Source: Patescibacteria group bacterium | GTDB taxonomy: Bacteria; Patescibacteriota; Minisyncoccia; Phycocordibacterales; UBA9973 | Assembly: GCA_028868715.1 (NCBI GenBank) | Contig: JAGWUB010000002.1 | Span: 79,605-143,604 of the forward strand | Reading direction: 5' to 3' | DNA: 64,000 bases | Shown here: positions 37,734-48,152 of the stretch, piece after piece | How positions within the stretch are numbered: the stretch's first letter is position 1 | How the letters are laid out: each line of letters starts with the position of its first letter | The notes under the pieces: generated by a model | Told to the model about the DNA's origin: nothing | Databases searched by the model: none | The model's input: the letters and a program-made list of their open reading frames with translations, nothing else | Translations under genes and position numbers: made by a program

Positions 37734-38699
37734 TTACTCTTCCTCGTCGCCTGTTTCTCCTGAATCAATAGCATCTATTATGTCGCCGATATCCCCTTCC
37801 ATTATTTTTGGCAAATTGTGCCAAGATTTTTTAATGCGGTGGTCAGTCACTCGGTCTTGGGCATAGTTGTAAGTTCTAATTTTTTCACTTCGATCACCGG
37901 TACCTATCTGACTTTTGCGCTCACCAGCATATTTTTTCGCCTCCTTTTCTTCTTCGAGTTGTTGAAGTTTGGCAGTCAAAATCATCATAGCTTTTTCACG
38001 ATTGGCTAGCTGACTCCTTTCATTCGTAGAGCGAACATCTAGTCCGGTAGGTTTATGAATAATACGTACCGCTGTCTCAACTTTGTTCACATTTTGCCCA
38101 CCTTTACCGCCTGAGCGAGAATATTCCATATCAAACTCCGCGGGATTTATCACAAATGAAATTTTCTTCTTTATTGGAAGCACAGCTACTGATGCCGTAG
38201 AAGTATGCACTCGGCCATTTTTTTCTGTCGCTGGAACTCGCTGCACTCTGTGCACTCCCGTTTCATAACGGAGTTTTTTATAGACATCGCGACCCTTGAT
38301 TTCAAAACTAGCTTCTTTGTAACCATTTAGGTCACTCTTTGATTCATAATTCACATACCATTGCCAACCTTGAGTAAAAGCATACCTTTCGTACATGTGA
38401 GCAAGTTCCCACGCAAAAAGACTGGCTTCGTCTCCACCAGCTCCGGCTCGTACTTCTAAAACAATCTCATTTGGGAATTCTTCCGCATCGCGCTCTTTGT
38501 CTAAAATATCTTGAAGCTGTTTTTCAATTCTTTCTTTTTCTTCTTGAATTGTTTTGAGTTCTTTGCCCGCTAGTTCGTGCAAGCTTTCATCGCTATCTAG
38601 CATTTCACGTACTTGCGCCTCTTCACGCAAAAGTTTCTCCAAGCTTGTGGCTAGGTAGTTTGTATTATGGTTTTTTTTAAGTTCTTCTAGGTCTAACAT
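37734..38699 (-). CDS. prfA: peptide chain release factor 1
   Basis: GGQ motif plus RVQRVPATE (the PxT tripeptide typical of RF1). Confidence 0.8.
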   Translation of the reverse strand: MLDLEELKKNHNTNYLATSLEKLLREEAQVREMLDSDESLHELAGKELKTIQEEKERIEKQLQDILDKERDAEEFPNEIVLEVRAGAGGDEASLFAWELAHMYERYAFTQGWQWYVNYESKSDLNGYKEASFEIKGRDVYKKLRYETGVHRVQRVPATEKNGRVHTSTASVAVLPIKKKISFVINPAEFDMEYSRSGGKGGQNVNKVETAVRIIHKPTGLDVRSTNERSQLANREKAMMILTAKLQQLEEEKEAKKYAGERKSQIGTGDRSEKIRTYNYAQDRVTDHRIKKSWHNLPKIMEGDIGDIIDAIDSGETGDEEE

Positions 38700-38921
38700 T
38701 TACTTCTTCTTAGCTTTTGAAGAAAGTGCGGCTCGTTTTTTGAAACGTTCTACGCGTCCAGCGGTGTCCATTATCTTTTCATTACCAGTATAAAAAGGAT
38801 GGCACTGACTACAGATTTCAACTTTTATTTCAGGAATAGTAGAACCAACCATAAAAACCGCACCGCAGGCGCAGGTAGCTTTGGTTGTTAAATTATATTT
38901 AGGATGTATATCTTTTTTCAT
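38700..38921 (-). CDS. rpmE: 50S ribosomal protein L31
   Basis: MKKDIHPKY...CxC...[10 protein letters not shown]. Confidence 0.9.
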   Translation of the reverse strand: MKKDIHPKYNLTTKATCACGAVFMVGSTIPEIKVEICSQCHPFYTGNEKIMDTAGRVERFKKRAALSSKAKKK

Positions 38922-38950
38922 TGCAACTTGATATTATCACAAATTTAAGT

Positions 38951-40315
38951 CTAAAGCAAGTTTATGTTGGCTTGAATATTGGCTTTTAGTTTCATAACAC
39001 TTCGACTATAAGAACATGAGGATCCACCAGAACCATAATACTTACAGGCGGCTGCACTTTGAGCGCTAGTGCTAGTACCAATGGCGCCAAGATCAGTAAG
39101 GTACAATCCGGAAGCCATAAAAGCATCTTCTGGGGCCCAAGGATTAGCATAATGCCCCAAGGCAGCCTGTAGACGATCAGCAAATAGCTTCCAAGTGGAA
39201 GGAATAAATTGAGCTGGCCCCATAGCACCACCGTAGCCAGCGACACCAGCAATCGGACAAGAAACAGGAGTACGAGAAGGATCCATGCCGAGAGTATTTG
39301 TGATATCAAGAAAAGGCGGCACATCACGTGATGGTTTCATGACATTTGGAAATAGTGTCCCTGTATTTTTACCTATCCCAGCTCCGGTGGTTTGATCAGT
39401 CAAATAACATTGACCAACGTTGGCGCCGAGGTTTGATTCCTGGGTAAGAATTGCCAATAAGAATGCTGGATCTATGCCTGTCTTCCCAGCCACTTCATTG
39501 GCGTAATTGAGAGCTGTGCCAAAAGGAATACCTTGGGATATTCCAGCTAGTGGAAATAGAGCTGCCCGAATTCTATCAGCTCTAGCCTTTTTCTGAGCGG
39601 CGAGTTGTTGGTAAGCTGCTTCTTTATCTTTGGATATTGCCAAGAGCTGTTTTTTGTCAGCTTCAGACTTGGCAACAGTTGCTTGCGCACTTTGCAATTC
39701 TGCTCTTGCATCAGTTTCGGCATTTTGTTTTACTTCCAGATCCGCTTTAGCAACTTCAGTTTGTTTTTTTACGGCTCGCACGATACCAAGAGAATCTTCA
39801 ATACCTTGCTTCATTGAGGCGTATGATTCTAGGTCACTGTAAAAATCAGAGACAGTTTGATCGGAAAGAACTAGGTGCATAATGTTTCTATCGTCAAATT
39901 CATTTGTGTTTCGTAAAAGTTTGGCCAGAGATCCATGCTCTCGATCTATTTTATTTGAAAGTGTATCAATCGTCTTTACTTTTTCAGTTATATTTACTTT
40001 AAGCTGAGCAATAGCCAATGATCTTGCTTTTATTTTAGCTTGTAGGGCATTAATCTGGCTATTTAAATAATCGACATCACCCTTCAATGTGCCTGTTTGT
40101 TTCTGTTGGTCTTTTTGCTTCTGTAATAAATCTGCCAATTGGGCTTCTATTTGAACTAATTCATTTTTACAATAATCCTTGTCAGATTGACTAGAAGACG
40201 TGGTCAATTGTAAACAATCAAATACAGCATTTGCTCTAGGCGCAGTAAGCCCGAAAAATGCAAATGTTGCGAAAAAAGACGTAAACAAAAAAGTTATGAC
40301 TATTTTTTTTGTCAT
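38951..40315 (-). CDS. secreted coiled-coil protein with C-terminal lytic transglycosylase (SLT)-like domain
   Basis: Signal peptide. About 230 aa of Q/K/A-rich heptad-like sequence. ILTQESNLG and GAMGPAQFIPSTW resemble the SLT E-S and GLMQ motifs. Confidence 0.5.
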   Translation of the reverse strand: MTKKIVITFLFTSFFATFAFFGLTAPRANAVFDCLQLTTSSSQSDKDYCKNELVQIEAQLADLLQKQKDQQKQTGTLKGDVDYLNSQINALQAKIKARSLAIAQLKVNITEKVKTIDTLSNKIDREHGSLAKLLRNTNEFDDRNIMHLVLSDQTVSDFYSDLESYASMKQGIEDSLGIVRAVKKQTEVAKADLEVKQNAETDARAELQSAQATVAKSEADKKQLLAISKDKEAAYQQLAAQKKARADRIRAALFPLAGISQGIPFGTALNYANEVAGKTGIDPAFLLAILTQESNLGANVGQCYLTDQTTGAGIGKNTGTLFPNVMKPSRDVPPFLDITNTLGMDPSRTPVSCPIAGVAGYGGAMGPAQFIPSTWKLFADRLQAALGHYANPWAPEDAFMASGLYLTDLGAIGTSTSAQSAAACKYYGSGGSSCSYSRSVMKLKANIQANINLL

Positions 40316-40378
40316 AACTTATATTGTATCATATTTTAGCTTGCTAGCATTATTTACTGAGTAATGCTGTAAAAATTA

Positions 40379-41029
40379 TTACGCTGGAGTACTTTCCTCT
40401 GCGGTCGTTGCATCTTCTTCCTTCTTACCTTTCTTTTCAACTTCAATTGCAGATAGGTCAACTGGTGCAGCTTCTTCTTTTTCTTCTACCTGGAGAACAA
40501 TAGATGCTACCACTTCTTCGGCAGGGGTTATTAGCGCAACTCCCGTAGGTAATTTAATATCAGAAACAAGAATTTGATCCTCGACAGTAGCTAGTTTAGA
40601 TAAATCAACAACAAGATTATGAGGTAATTCAGACGGCAAAGCTTCAACTTCAATTTCATGTAATACCTTTACGAGGTTACCCAAACCACTCTTGACCGCT
40701 CCTGAAATGCCTTCGAACTCAAGTGGTATATTGACCTGTATTTTCTTCTTCATGTCGATTACTAGAAAATCTACGTGAATTGGTTCATCGGTGATAGGAT
40801 CAACTTGCACTTCATGAATCAGCGCATCAATTTCTCCAGATGGAGAAGATATTTTTATAGGTGAAGATTCTCCAGCTTCTCGCCAAACTTTCTTGAATTC
40901 AACAGTAGAAACAGATACAGCTGTAGTTTCTTTTTTCATGCCATAAAAAACAGCTGGGATTTCCCCACCTTTTCTCAATGTATCTAGTTTTGTGCCCGCA
41001 TCCCTCTTTTTGGCTTTAATAATAAACAT
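40379..41029 (-). CDS. rplY: 50S ribosomal protein L25/general stress protein Ctc
   Basis: N-terminal L25 fold motifs followed by an acidic tail. Confidence 0.8.
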   Translation of the reverse strand: MFIIKAKKRDAGTKLDTLRKGGEIPAVFYGMKKETTAVSVSTVEFKKVWREAGESSPIKISSPSGEIDALIHEVQVDPITDEPIHVDFLVIDMKKKIQVNIPLEFEGISGAVKSGLGNLVKVLHEIEVEALPSELPHNLVVDLSKLATVEDQILVSDIKLPTGVALITPAEEVVASIVLQVEEKEEAAPVDLSAIEVEKKGKKEEDATTAEESTPA

Positions 41030-41065
41030 AGAGCTAGTATATAGAAAAATAACAAAAAAGCAAAT

Positions 41066-42766
41066 TTAAACTTTATGATTTGCTACATGCTCTATGGCTA
41101 TATGTGAAGCTATGTATTCTTTGGAGCCACCGTCTTTTGGTGTGGCCACTTTTTTCCCAGGGTTCAAAATGTTTTTAGGGTCAAATATTTGCTTGATTTC
41201 TGCAAAAATCCTAAGTATTTTTTCTCCATACATTTTGTCTAAATAGGGCGTACGTATTAGTCCGTCATTGTGTTCAGCGGTTATAGAACCTTTATATCTG
41301 GCCACTAGATCAAAAACCTTATCGGAAAGCTCCAAAATGATCTTGGCTGCGTCAGTGCGGGTAAAGTCCATAAGCGGAATAACATGAAAGTTTCCATCCC
41401 CAGCATGCCCAGCTATGGTGTAGGTCAATTTGTATTTACCGAGAATATTATTTAGTTCAGGAATAAATTTAGGTAGAAATTCTGGACGCACGATAATATC
41501 ATCAATAAATGGAGCTGTACGCAAACCTTTTATATGTTTTCGCAGTAAAGCAAAACTTTCTCGGCGAATGTCCCAATATTTATTTGATTCAGTTTCGTTT
41601 TTCGTAATATGAACTTTCAATTTAAAGTTTTTGATTTTGTCTTCTAGATTCAAACATTGCTGGTGCACAACTTTTTCATTTTCTCCTGCAAATTCAACCA
41701 ATAAAATTAGTTTCGGAAAACCACCACTAACCATCATGAAAAATTCAGGTAAAAAGCTCCACATAAATTTTATCATCCCGACAAAACCTTTATTTTTTAA
41801 AAAGTCTGGGAAAAATTTAACTGCGAGCTTCATGGTCTTGTCGTCATAGGCCTCTACTGTCTCTGGATTGAGCGCAAGTATTTCATCCACGAGGCGACCA
41901 AGTGGGGTCAGGTCATTCATAAAAATGGCTACAAGTTTTGAATATTTTGGGTTCGGAAGAAGCTTTATAGTCATTTCAGTGACAATTCCCAGCGTCCCTT
42001 GCGAGCCGACTAGAAGTTTATTCAAGTCGAAGTAGTTCGAATCTGAACTCTGTTTTAGGACGTTCCAGATATAATATCCAGCGGCGTTTTTATGCACGTT
42101 TGGCTTGGCATGCTTGATGTCGTCCTCATTGTCAATGATTAGTTTATTAATCCTTCTGTAGATCTCACCTTCCGTCCCGCCCTGACCCATCTTTTTATTT
42201 AATTCACTTTCGGAAAGTGATTTGATGGTGTACTCATTGCCATCAGAAAAAATAACCTTGGCAGACATTATATATTCTTCCATTTTTCCATATTTCAAAG
42301 TCCTCTCTCCAGCAGAATTATTTCCATACATTCCACCCATTGCGTTTAAACTTTTGGAAGCTGTAAAACAAGGTAGAATTAATCCCTTTTTTAGTGTTAT
42401 TTTTTCAAAATCTCGGTAAAACATTCCGGGTTGGATGGTTATCTCCCATTCATCTTTAGTCTTCATAGGGAGAGGCCCACCAATCAATTTATTCATATGC
42501 CGAGTGAAATCCATAATAATCGATGCACCTATAGCCGCCCCAGACATATCTGTGCCTGCACACCTAGCAGTGATTGAAAGCTCGGGATACTTTTGTTTAT
42601 TTTCACCTACCCATTTCACTAAACTTTTTACATCTTCGGAGTCGAGTGGATAAACCACCAAAGCGGGCCGTACTTCGAGCAAACTCGCATCGTGCGAATA
42701 CTTCACAAGCGTCTCCTCGCTATCATCTACCTCCCCCTTAAAAAATTTTTGTATTTCTGATTTCAT
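41066..42766 (-). CDS. FAD-linked oxidase (PCMH-type FAD-binding + FAD-oxidase C-terminal domain; D-lactate/glycolate dehydrogenase-like)
   Basis: FAD_binding_4-like N-domain and a C-terminal HNDG region. Confidence 0.6.
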   Translation of the reverse strand: MKSEIQKFFKGEVDDSEETLVKYSHDASLLEVRPALVVYPLDSEDVKSLVKWVGENKQKYPELSITARCAGTDMSGAAIGASIIMDFTRHMNKLIGGPLPMKTKDEWEITIQPGMFYRDFEKITLKKGLILPCFTASKSLNAMGGMYGNNSAGERTLKYGKMEEYIMSAKVIFSDGNEYTIKSLSESELNKKMGQGGTEGEIYRRINKLIIDNEDDIKHAKPNVHKNAAGYYIWNVLKQSSDSNYFDLNKLLVGSQGTLGIVTEMTIKLLPNPKYSKLVAIFMNDLTPLGRLVDEILALNPETVEAYDDKTMKLAVKFFPDFLKNKGFVGMIKFMWSFLPEFFMMVSGGFPKLILLVEFAGENEKVVHQQCLNLEDKIKNFKLKVHITKNETESNKYWDIRRESFALLRKHIKGLRTAPFIDDIIVRPEFLPKFIPELNNILGKYKLTYTIAGHAGDGNFHVIPLMDFTRTDAAKIILELSDKVFDLVARYKGSITAEHNDGLIRTPYLDKMYGEKILRIFAEIKQIFDPKNILNPGKKVATPKDGGSKEYIASHIAIEHVANHKV

Positions 42767-42786
42767 TTAAAATTTTTTAAAGGTAT

Positions 42787-43641
42787 TTAATTTAAATTAT
42801 TAAATAGTTTTAATCTGGCTTCCACAATTTTTTCTATAGCATCTACGGCTGGCTGGAGAATCTTGGCTGGGACTATTTCATTTTCGTTGGCTTCAATAAA
42901 TTTCTCTACGGCTTCTTTATACGCCAGCCTGATTTCTGAATTTATATGCACGATAGAAATTCCGGCTTTAATGGCATTTGTAAAGTCTTCGTCTCGGAGT
43001 CCTGAACCACCATGGAGTACAAGTGGTATGCCTACAGCTTTTTTTATTTCAGCCACACGTACAGCATCAATATGTGGCTTACCAGTTTTAATAAGTCCAT
43101 GAATACTGCCCACAGATGGAGCAAACATATCTATGCCCGTCATATCTATAAATTTTTTCGCGTCTTCTACTTTAGTTAAAACCCCAGCACCTTCAGGTAT
43201 TGCATCTTTTATGTCTGACCCTGAACCGATGTATCCGAGCTCCGCTTCCACGAGCACATCCCGGCCAGTACTGCGCGCATAGTCTACGCATTGTTTGGTA
43301 ATTTTTACATTTTCTTCAAAGCTCAATTTTGCACCATCTATGATCACTGAATCAAAGCCCATATCTATACACTTTTTTACAGAATCAAATGAAGAGTGGT
43401 GGTCGGCATTTAGAAAAATCGGGTAATCTTCCTTTTCTTTGATTGCATGTATGAGCGCATAAGCTTCCGCAATGCCCATAAACTTTTCTTCGCCTTCAGA
43501 GAGTCCGATAATTACAGGAACATTTAGTTTTTTTGCCGCATTAAAAATTGCATGAAGCGCCTCCAAATTTGAAATATTAAAGTGTCCGATCGCGACACCT
43601 TTTTCCTCTGCCTCTTTTACATATTCGCGCAGTGTTTTCAT
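42787..43641 (-). CDS. fba: class II fructose-bisphosphate aldolase
   Basis: HFNISNLE...HGGSG TIM-barrel class II aldolase motifs. Confidence 0.8.
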   Translation of the reverse strand: MKTLREYVKEAEEKGVAIGHFNISNLEALHAIFNAAKKLNVPVIIGLSEGEEKFMGIAEAYALIHAIKEKEDYPIFLNADHHSSFDSVKKCIDMGFDSVIIDGAKLSFEENVKITKQCVDYARSTGRDVLVEAELGYIGSGSDIKDAIPEGAGVLTKVEDAKKFIDMTGIDMFAPSVGSIHGLIKTGKPHIDAVRVAEIKKAVGIPLVLHGGSGLRDEDFTNAIKAGISIVHINSEIRLAYKEAVEKFIEANENEIVPAKILQPAVDAIEKIVEARLKLFNNLN

Positions 43642-43645
43642 TATT

Positions 43646-45085
43646 TTATTTTAACATTTCTTTCAGTAATTTAATAACTATTTGCGGATTTGCAGAGCCT
43701 TTAGATTCTTTAATGACTTTACCTACGAGTGACATAATGGCATTTTCCTTTCCACTCTTGTAAGAGGCGACAACTTCAGGGTTTTCGTTTATGATTTTCT
43801 GCACTATTTCTTTGAGTGTCCCCTCGTCGTGAGTTTGTAGTAAATTATTTTCCGTAGCAATTTTGAGCGGAGACTCATCTCCAAGCACAATCTTTGCCAA
43901 TATGTCTTTAGCCGTGCGAGATGAAATTTTATTTTCTGAAACAAGGTTTATCAACTCAGCGAAATTCTCTGTGCTTGGTAATTTAACCTCTGGATTAGAT
44001 TTTTTAAGACCCAGATAATCAGACGTTACATAATTTGATGCAAGTTTTATTTTTTCCTTGTCACCAAGAATTTGTGCAATATTTTCAAACCAAACACCTA
44101 AAGTAAAATCATTGATATAGCTTTCAATATCTTCATCTTTAATTCCAAAATCGTTTTTATATCGAGCGCGTTTTTGGGCAGGTAATTCTGGTAATTCAGC
44201 TTTCATTTTCTCTAGATTAAAAGCTTCATGTAACTTTAATTTTGGCAAATCTGGATCTGGAAAATATCTGTAATCTTCGGCATTTTCTTTTGAACGCTGG
44301 GAAAAGGTCTTTTGTTTACTTTCATCAAATCCCCTAGTCTCCTTTATGATTTCATTTTCCTTGCCTTCTTCCCAGAGAGCAGTCATGCGAGCCACTTCGT
44401 ACTTGATAGCTTTCTCAACACTTCTAAATGAATTTAAATTTTTAACTTCCACATACTCCGTCCATTTTTTATCTTTGTCAGGAGAAACAGAAACATTTGC
44501 CTCCACGCGCATCTCGCCTTTTTCCATGTTTGCTTCCGAGGCACCGAGGTACGACAAAATAAGCTGATATTCTTTGGCAAAATTACTTGCTGTCTTTGCG
44601 GCGAGGTCTACATCTTCAAATGTATGCGCCTCAGTCACTAGCTCCATCAAGGGTACTCCGGCTCTATTGAAATCTATCAAGGATGAATCACCTATGTGTT
44701 TATTGTTTGCTGTATCCTCTTCGAGGTGAATGCGGGTAAGCTCCATACCAGCCAAGCTTCCACCTGAGACTATGGGGTATTTATATTGTGAGATCTGATA
44801 TCCTTTAGGAATGTCTGGGTAAAAATAATTTTTACGATCAAACTCTGTGAAGTCCGCTATTTTTGAGCCTAAAGCTAGTCCAACTTTGATAACTTGCTCG
44901 ACGGCTTTTTTATTGATGACGGGCAGAGCTCCCGGGTGCGCCATGCAGACTGGGCAGATGTTTACATTTGGCTTGGTTTCATTGGGATCGTTCGAACAGC
45001 TACAAAACATCTTTGTCTGTGTCTTTAGCTCCGCATGTATTTCAAGACCAATAGTTACGTAATACTTTCCTGATTCTCTTTGCAT
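43646..45085 (-). CDS. gatB: Asp-tRNA(Asn)/Glu-tRNA(Gln) amidotransferase subunit B
   Basis: IGLEIHAEL...MFCSCSN N-terminus and YqeY-like tail. Confidence 0.9.
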   Translation of the reverse strand: MQRESGKYYVTIGLEIHAELKTQTKMFCSCSNDPNETKPNVNICPVCMAHPGALPVINKKAVEQVIKVGLALGSKIADFTEFDRKNYFYPDIPKGYQISQYKYPIVSGGSLAGMELTRIHLEEDTANNKHIGDSSLIDFNRAGVPLMELVTEAHTFEDVDLAAKTASNFAKEYQLILSYLGASEANMEKGEMRVEANVSVSPDKDKKWTEYVEVKNLNSFRSVEKAIKYEVARMTALWEEGKENEIIKETRGFDESKQKTFSQRSKENAEDYRYFPDPDLPKLKLHEAFNLEKMKAELPELPAQKRARYKNDFGIKDEDIESYINDFTLGVWFENIAQILGDKEKIKLASNYVTSDYLGLKKSNPEVKLPSTENFAELINLVSENKISSRTAKDILAKIVLGDESPLKIATENNLLQTHDEGTLKEIVQKIINENPEVVASYKSGKENAIMSLVGKVIKESKGSANPQIVIKLLKEMLK

Positions 45086-45115
45086 ATCAATATGATATCA
45101 TATTTAATAGATTTT

Positions 45116-46132
45116 TTAAGCTTTTTTCAAAATCTTAATCAATTCGTCACTGAAATTCTTTACCATTTTATCATCAAAAAGAGATAGAACGAAGACCTTC
45201 TTTCCGCTGTCTAATTTTTTGAATTCGGCTAATTTTTTGGCAATAATTTTAGGATCAGAAATTACATCACTCTTAGTAAGAATTATAATTTCTTCTTTCT
45301 CTGACAGACCATCCTCACCCAATCCTAAATCTTTATCATATTTTTTTAATTCTTTACGAATTTCTTTATATACCTTCATCATGCCGGTTGTACCTTTGGA
45401 TAAATTTTCAAAAGAAACCAGGTGTGCCAGCATTTTAGTGCGTTTGATGTGTCGTAAAAATTTTACTCCAAGCCCTTTACCTTCTGAAGCACCTTCAATG
45501 ATCCCAGGAATGTCCGCAATAATGTATTTATAAAAATCTCCTAGATTTGGATCAAGTGTAGTAAATTCGTAGTCGCCTACTCGTGCCTGCGCATTGGTCA
45601 AGGCATTCAAAAGCGAGGATTTACCGGCATTCGGAAGTCCAATAAGTCCAATATCTGCAAAAAGTTCCAACTCAATTTTAAAATTTCCTTTTTCTCCTTC
45701 TTCTCCGGGACGCCATTCTTTGGGAGTGGTATTAGTAGAACTTTTAAAATGCTCATTACCAAAACCGCCATAGCCACCCTTTAATATTTTTATTTTCTCT
45801 CCTTCTTTGGTAAGTTGCCATTTCTCATCAGTATCTAGATTGGTAATAATAGAGCCGAGTGGTAATTCTAAAAAGAAGTCCTCACCGTTGGCACCATGCA
45901 AGCTTTTATTTCCTCCATCCCCACCACGCCCAGCGACAAAGCTTTTCTTGGCTTTGTACTTTGAAAGAATATGAACATCTCGTACTCCTTGTACATAAAA
46001 GTCTCCACCACGCCCAGCATCACCGCCAGCAGGCCCGCCTTTAGGTATAAATTTCTCCTGACGCCAACGTACCACGCCGTCGCCACCGCGCCCAGCCTCC
46101 GCATATATAGTTATTTCATCAATGAATGCCAT
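45116..46132 (-). CDS. obg: GTPase Obg
   Basis: Gly-rich Obg fold followed by G1-G4 GTPase motifs. Confidence 0.9.
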   Translation of the reverse strand: MAFIDEITIYAEAGRGGDGVVRWRQEKFIPKGGPAGGDAGRGGDFYVQGVRDVHILSKYKAKKSFVAGRGGDGGNKSLHGANGEDFFLELPLGSIITNLDTDEKWQLTKEGEKIKILKGGYGGFGNEHFKSSTNTTPKEWRPGEEGEKGNFKIELELFADIGLIGLPNAGKSSLLNALTNAQARVGDYEFTTLDPNLGDFYKYIIADIPGIIEGASEGKGLGVKFLRHIKRTKMLAHLVSFENLSKGTTGMMKVYKEIRKELKKYDKDLGLGEDGLSEKEEIIILTKSDVISDPKIIAKKLAEFKKLDSGKKVFVLSLFDDKMVKNFSDELIKILKKA

Positions 46133-46134
46133 AT

Positions 46135-47070
46135 TTAAGACTCTACAGCAATTTGCGCTAATTTGATAGCTCCCTCCTTAGATTTGGCTACAACTAGAAA
46201 TAATGCTCGATGGCAAAACACAGCGTCGGGCACTCCAGTAATTTTCTGTAATTCTTCATCTCTTTGTCCCGCCCAAGAGGCAGGAAAGTTTTTTCGATTT
46301 TCAAAACTTTTTGGATTTTTTCGAACTGCCCTTATTCCCCAAGTCGTATCTGGTCTAGGATAAATGATAAAAATGGGTTCAGCTAGTTTATATAAAATAC
46401 TATCAAATGGATAATGAGTATCTAAGGTAAGAATTCTTTTATCTTCAGTATTGTTGTAAATAGCAGTGACTTTCTCTTCTGCCTCAAACAGATCTTTCGC
46501 CAAAATTACTTCTCTTTTTAAAATATTTTTGGCAATCTCTACTCCTTCTAAAAAAACTTTATCTATTTCTAGATTTTCTTCGTTCCACGTTGGTTGCATA
46601 GAAGAAAAATAGTCTTGGATTGTATATGGTGATATATTTTCAAATTTATTAGTAAAAATATCAATCCCGTTGTCGGGGCCATCTATCGGCGCAACTAATC
46701 TTTTTCTTATATTATCTGCAACCTTTTGACTACCACAAATTTCTGCACCAAATTTTTTCCAAACCAATCCAAAAGAAGAGTACTCAATTCCACTCTCGTC
46801 TGCTCCAGCGCCACCAATTTGATGATGGTCAAACCTATTTTTAGCCTCGTCATATATTCCTCCAACGTCATAGACATAATCTCCATTTTCTATAATTTCT
46901 GGATCTCGAGTGCGGATAACCTCAAATTTTTGATTTTGTTTTTCCAAGACAAAAGACAACACAGCGGTGGCAAAGATGTCATCCGAGTGAAAGCCTCCGT
47001 TGTGGGTTATTAATTTTTTGATTGATTCTTTGTTTTCTTGCATAAATTTAAGTGTTTTCAAATACATCAT
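46135..47070 (-). CDS. MYG1/UPF0160 family metal-dependent hydrolase
   Basis: HNGGFHSDDIFA N-terminal motif. Confidence 0.7.
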   Translation of the reverse strand: MMYLKTLKFMQENKESIKKLITHNGGFHSDDIFATAVLSFVLEKQNQKFEVIRTRDPEIIENGDYVYDVGGIYDEAKNRFDHHQIGGAGADESGIEYSSFGLVWKKFGAEICGSQKVADNIRKRLVAPIDGPDNGIDIFTNKFENISPYTIQDYFSSMQPTWNEENLEIDKVFLEGVEIAKNILKREVILAKDLFEAEEKVTAIYNNTEDKRILTLDTHYPFDSILYKLAEPIFIIYPRPDTTWGIRAVRKNPKSFENRKNFPASWAGQRDEELQKITGVPDAVFCHRALFLVVAKSKEGAIKLAQIAVES

Positions 47071-47638
47071 ACAGCAAAGAGATAAGTTTATCTAATAGGA
47101 AGAATAGTATTATAAAAATAATTATCACCAGAGAAAATTCACTAATCCTCCTACTTACATGAAGTGCGGCATAGCTAAAAAAGTAACCCAAGGAAAGCAT
47201 AAATGGCACCCAAAGAACAGTAGACAACAATTCAGCCCTGAGATAAGTTTTGAAATTTATTTTTTGATAACCGGAGAAGACAATTACCAGATGGTTTAAT
47301 CCAATTATGAATTTTGAAATAAAGATAGACCAAAATGGTTTTTGGTTAAAGCGAGGCATTATTGAAAAAACCTTTTTTTCAATATATTGGAAAAATTTAC
47401 TATTTTCAAACTTATTTCTTAAAAATCCACCCAAGGAATACCCGAGAAAAGTTTTAGTCATACCACCAAAAAAGATAAGTAGGAAACAAATCCAAAAATT
47501 AAGCGCTCCAAGTAGAATCAGGATACCAGCGGAAATGGCAATGATCTCTCCCTCAATTATGGTGACTAAGAAAATTACTAAATAAGCTAATTCTTTATTG
47601 TGTTCTATGAGACGACTAAGGGCGTGTACTGTATACAT
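47048..47638 (-). CDS. DedA family membrane protein (second paralog)
   Basis: Multi-TM protein with a DedA-like pattern. Confidence 0.55.
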   Translation of the reverse strand: MYTVHALSRLIEHNKELAYLVIFLVTIIEGEIIAISAGILILLGALNFWICFLLIFFGGMTKTFLGYSLGGFLRNKFENSKFFQYIEKKVFSIMPRFNQKPFWSIFISKFIIGLNHLVIVFSGYQKINFKTYLRAELLSTVLWVPFMLSLGYFFSYAALHVSRRISEFSLVIIIFIILFFLLDKLISLLYDVFENT

Positions 47639-47643
47639 AAGTT

Positions 47644-48093
47644 TTAAAGGAGCGAATCGACTACTTCTTTCACCAAAGCTCCGTCTGCCTTCCCTTTTAG
47701 ATCCTTCATGACTGCCGACATTAACATCCCCTTTTTGGCTGCATCAGTAATATTGAGTTCTGCTTTTTTAGCTTCGGCAATTTTTAAGATTTCATCCTTC
47801 CCCATCAATTTCGGCAAAAAAGTTTCTAAGACATTAAGCTGATCTTGTTCCTCTTTTACTAGATCGGATCTGCCACCCTTGGTGTATTGTTCTATAGAGT
47901 CCTTTCTCTGCTTTCCGAGACGAGCAATGACACCAATTGCCTCATCATCTGTTAATAATTCATTTGGCTTTTTGCCTTTAGCTACCAGTTCATTCGTAAA
48001 AGCAGCTGACATTGCCCTATATGTCTCTAACTTTATGGTATCCTTTGCCATCATAGCTTCTTTTATTCCGTTTTTTATTTGTTCATGAAGCAT
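47644..48093 (-). CDS. GatB/YqeY domain protein
   Basis: Full-length similarity to the YqeY family. Confidence 0.75.
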   Translation of the reverse strand: MLHEQIKNGIKEAMMAKDTIKLETYRAMSAAFTNELVAKGKKPNELLTDDEAIGVIARLGKQRKDSIEQYTKGGRSDLVKEEQDQLNVLETFLPKLMGKDEILKIAEAKKAELNITDAAKKGMLMSAVMKDLKGKADGALVKEVVDSLL

Positions 48094-48152
48094 TTAAGTA
48101 AATCAGCATTGCTGACTTACTCATATTACCAAATATATGGTAAAATAGCACT

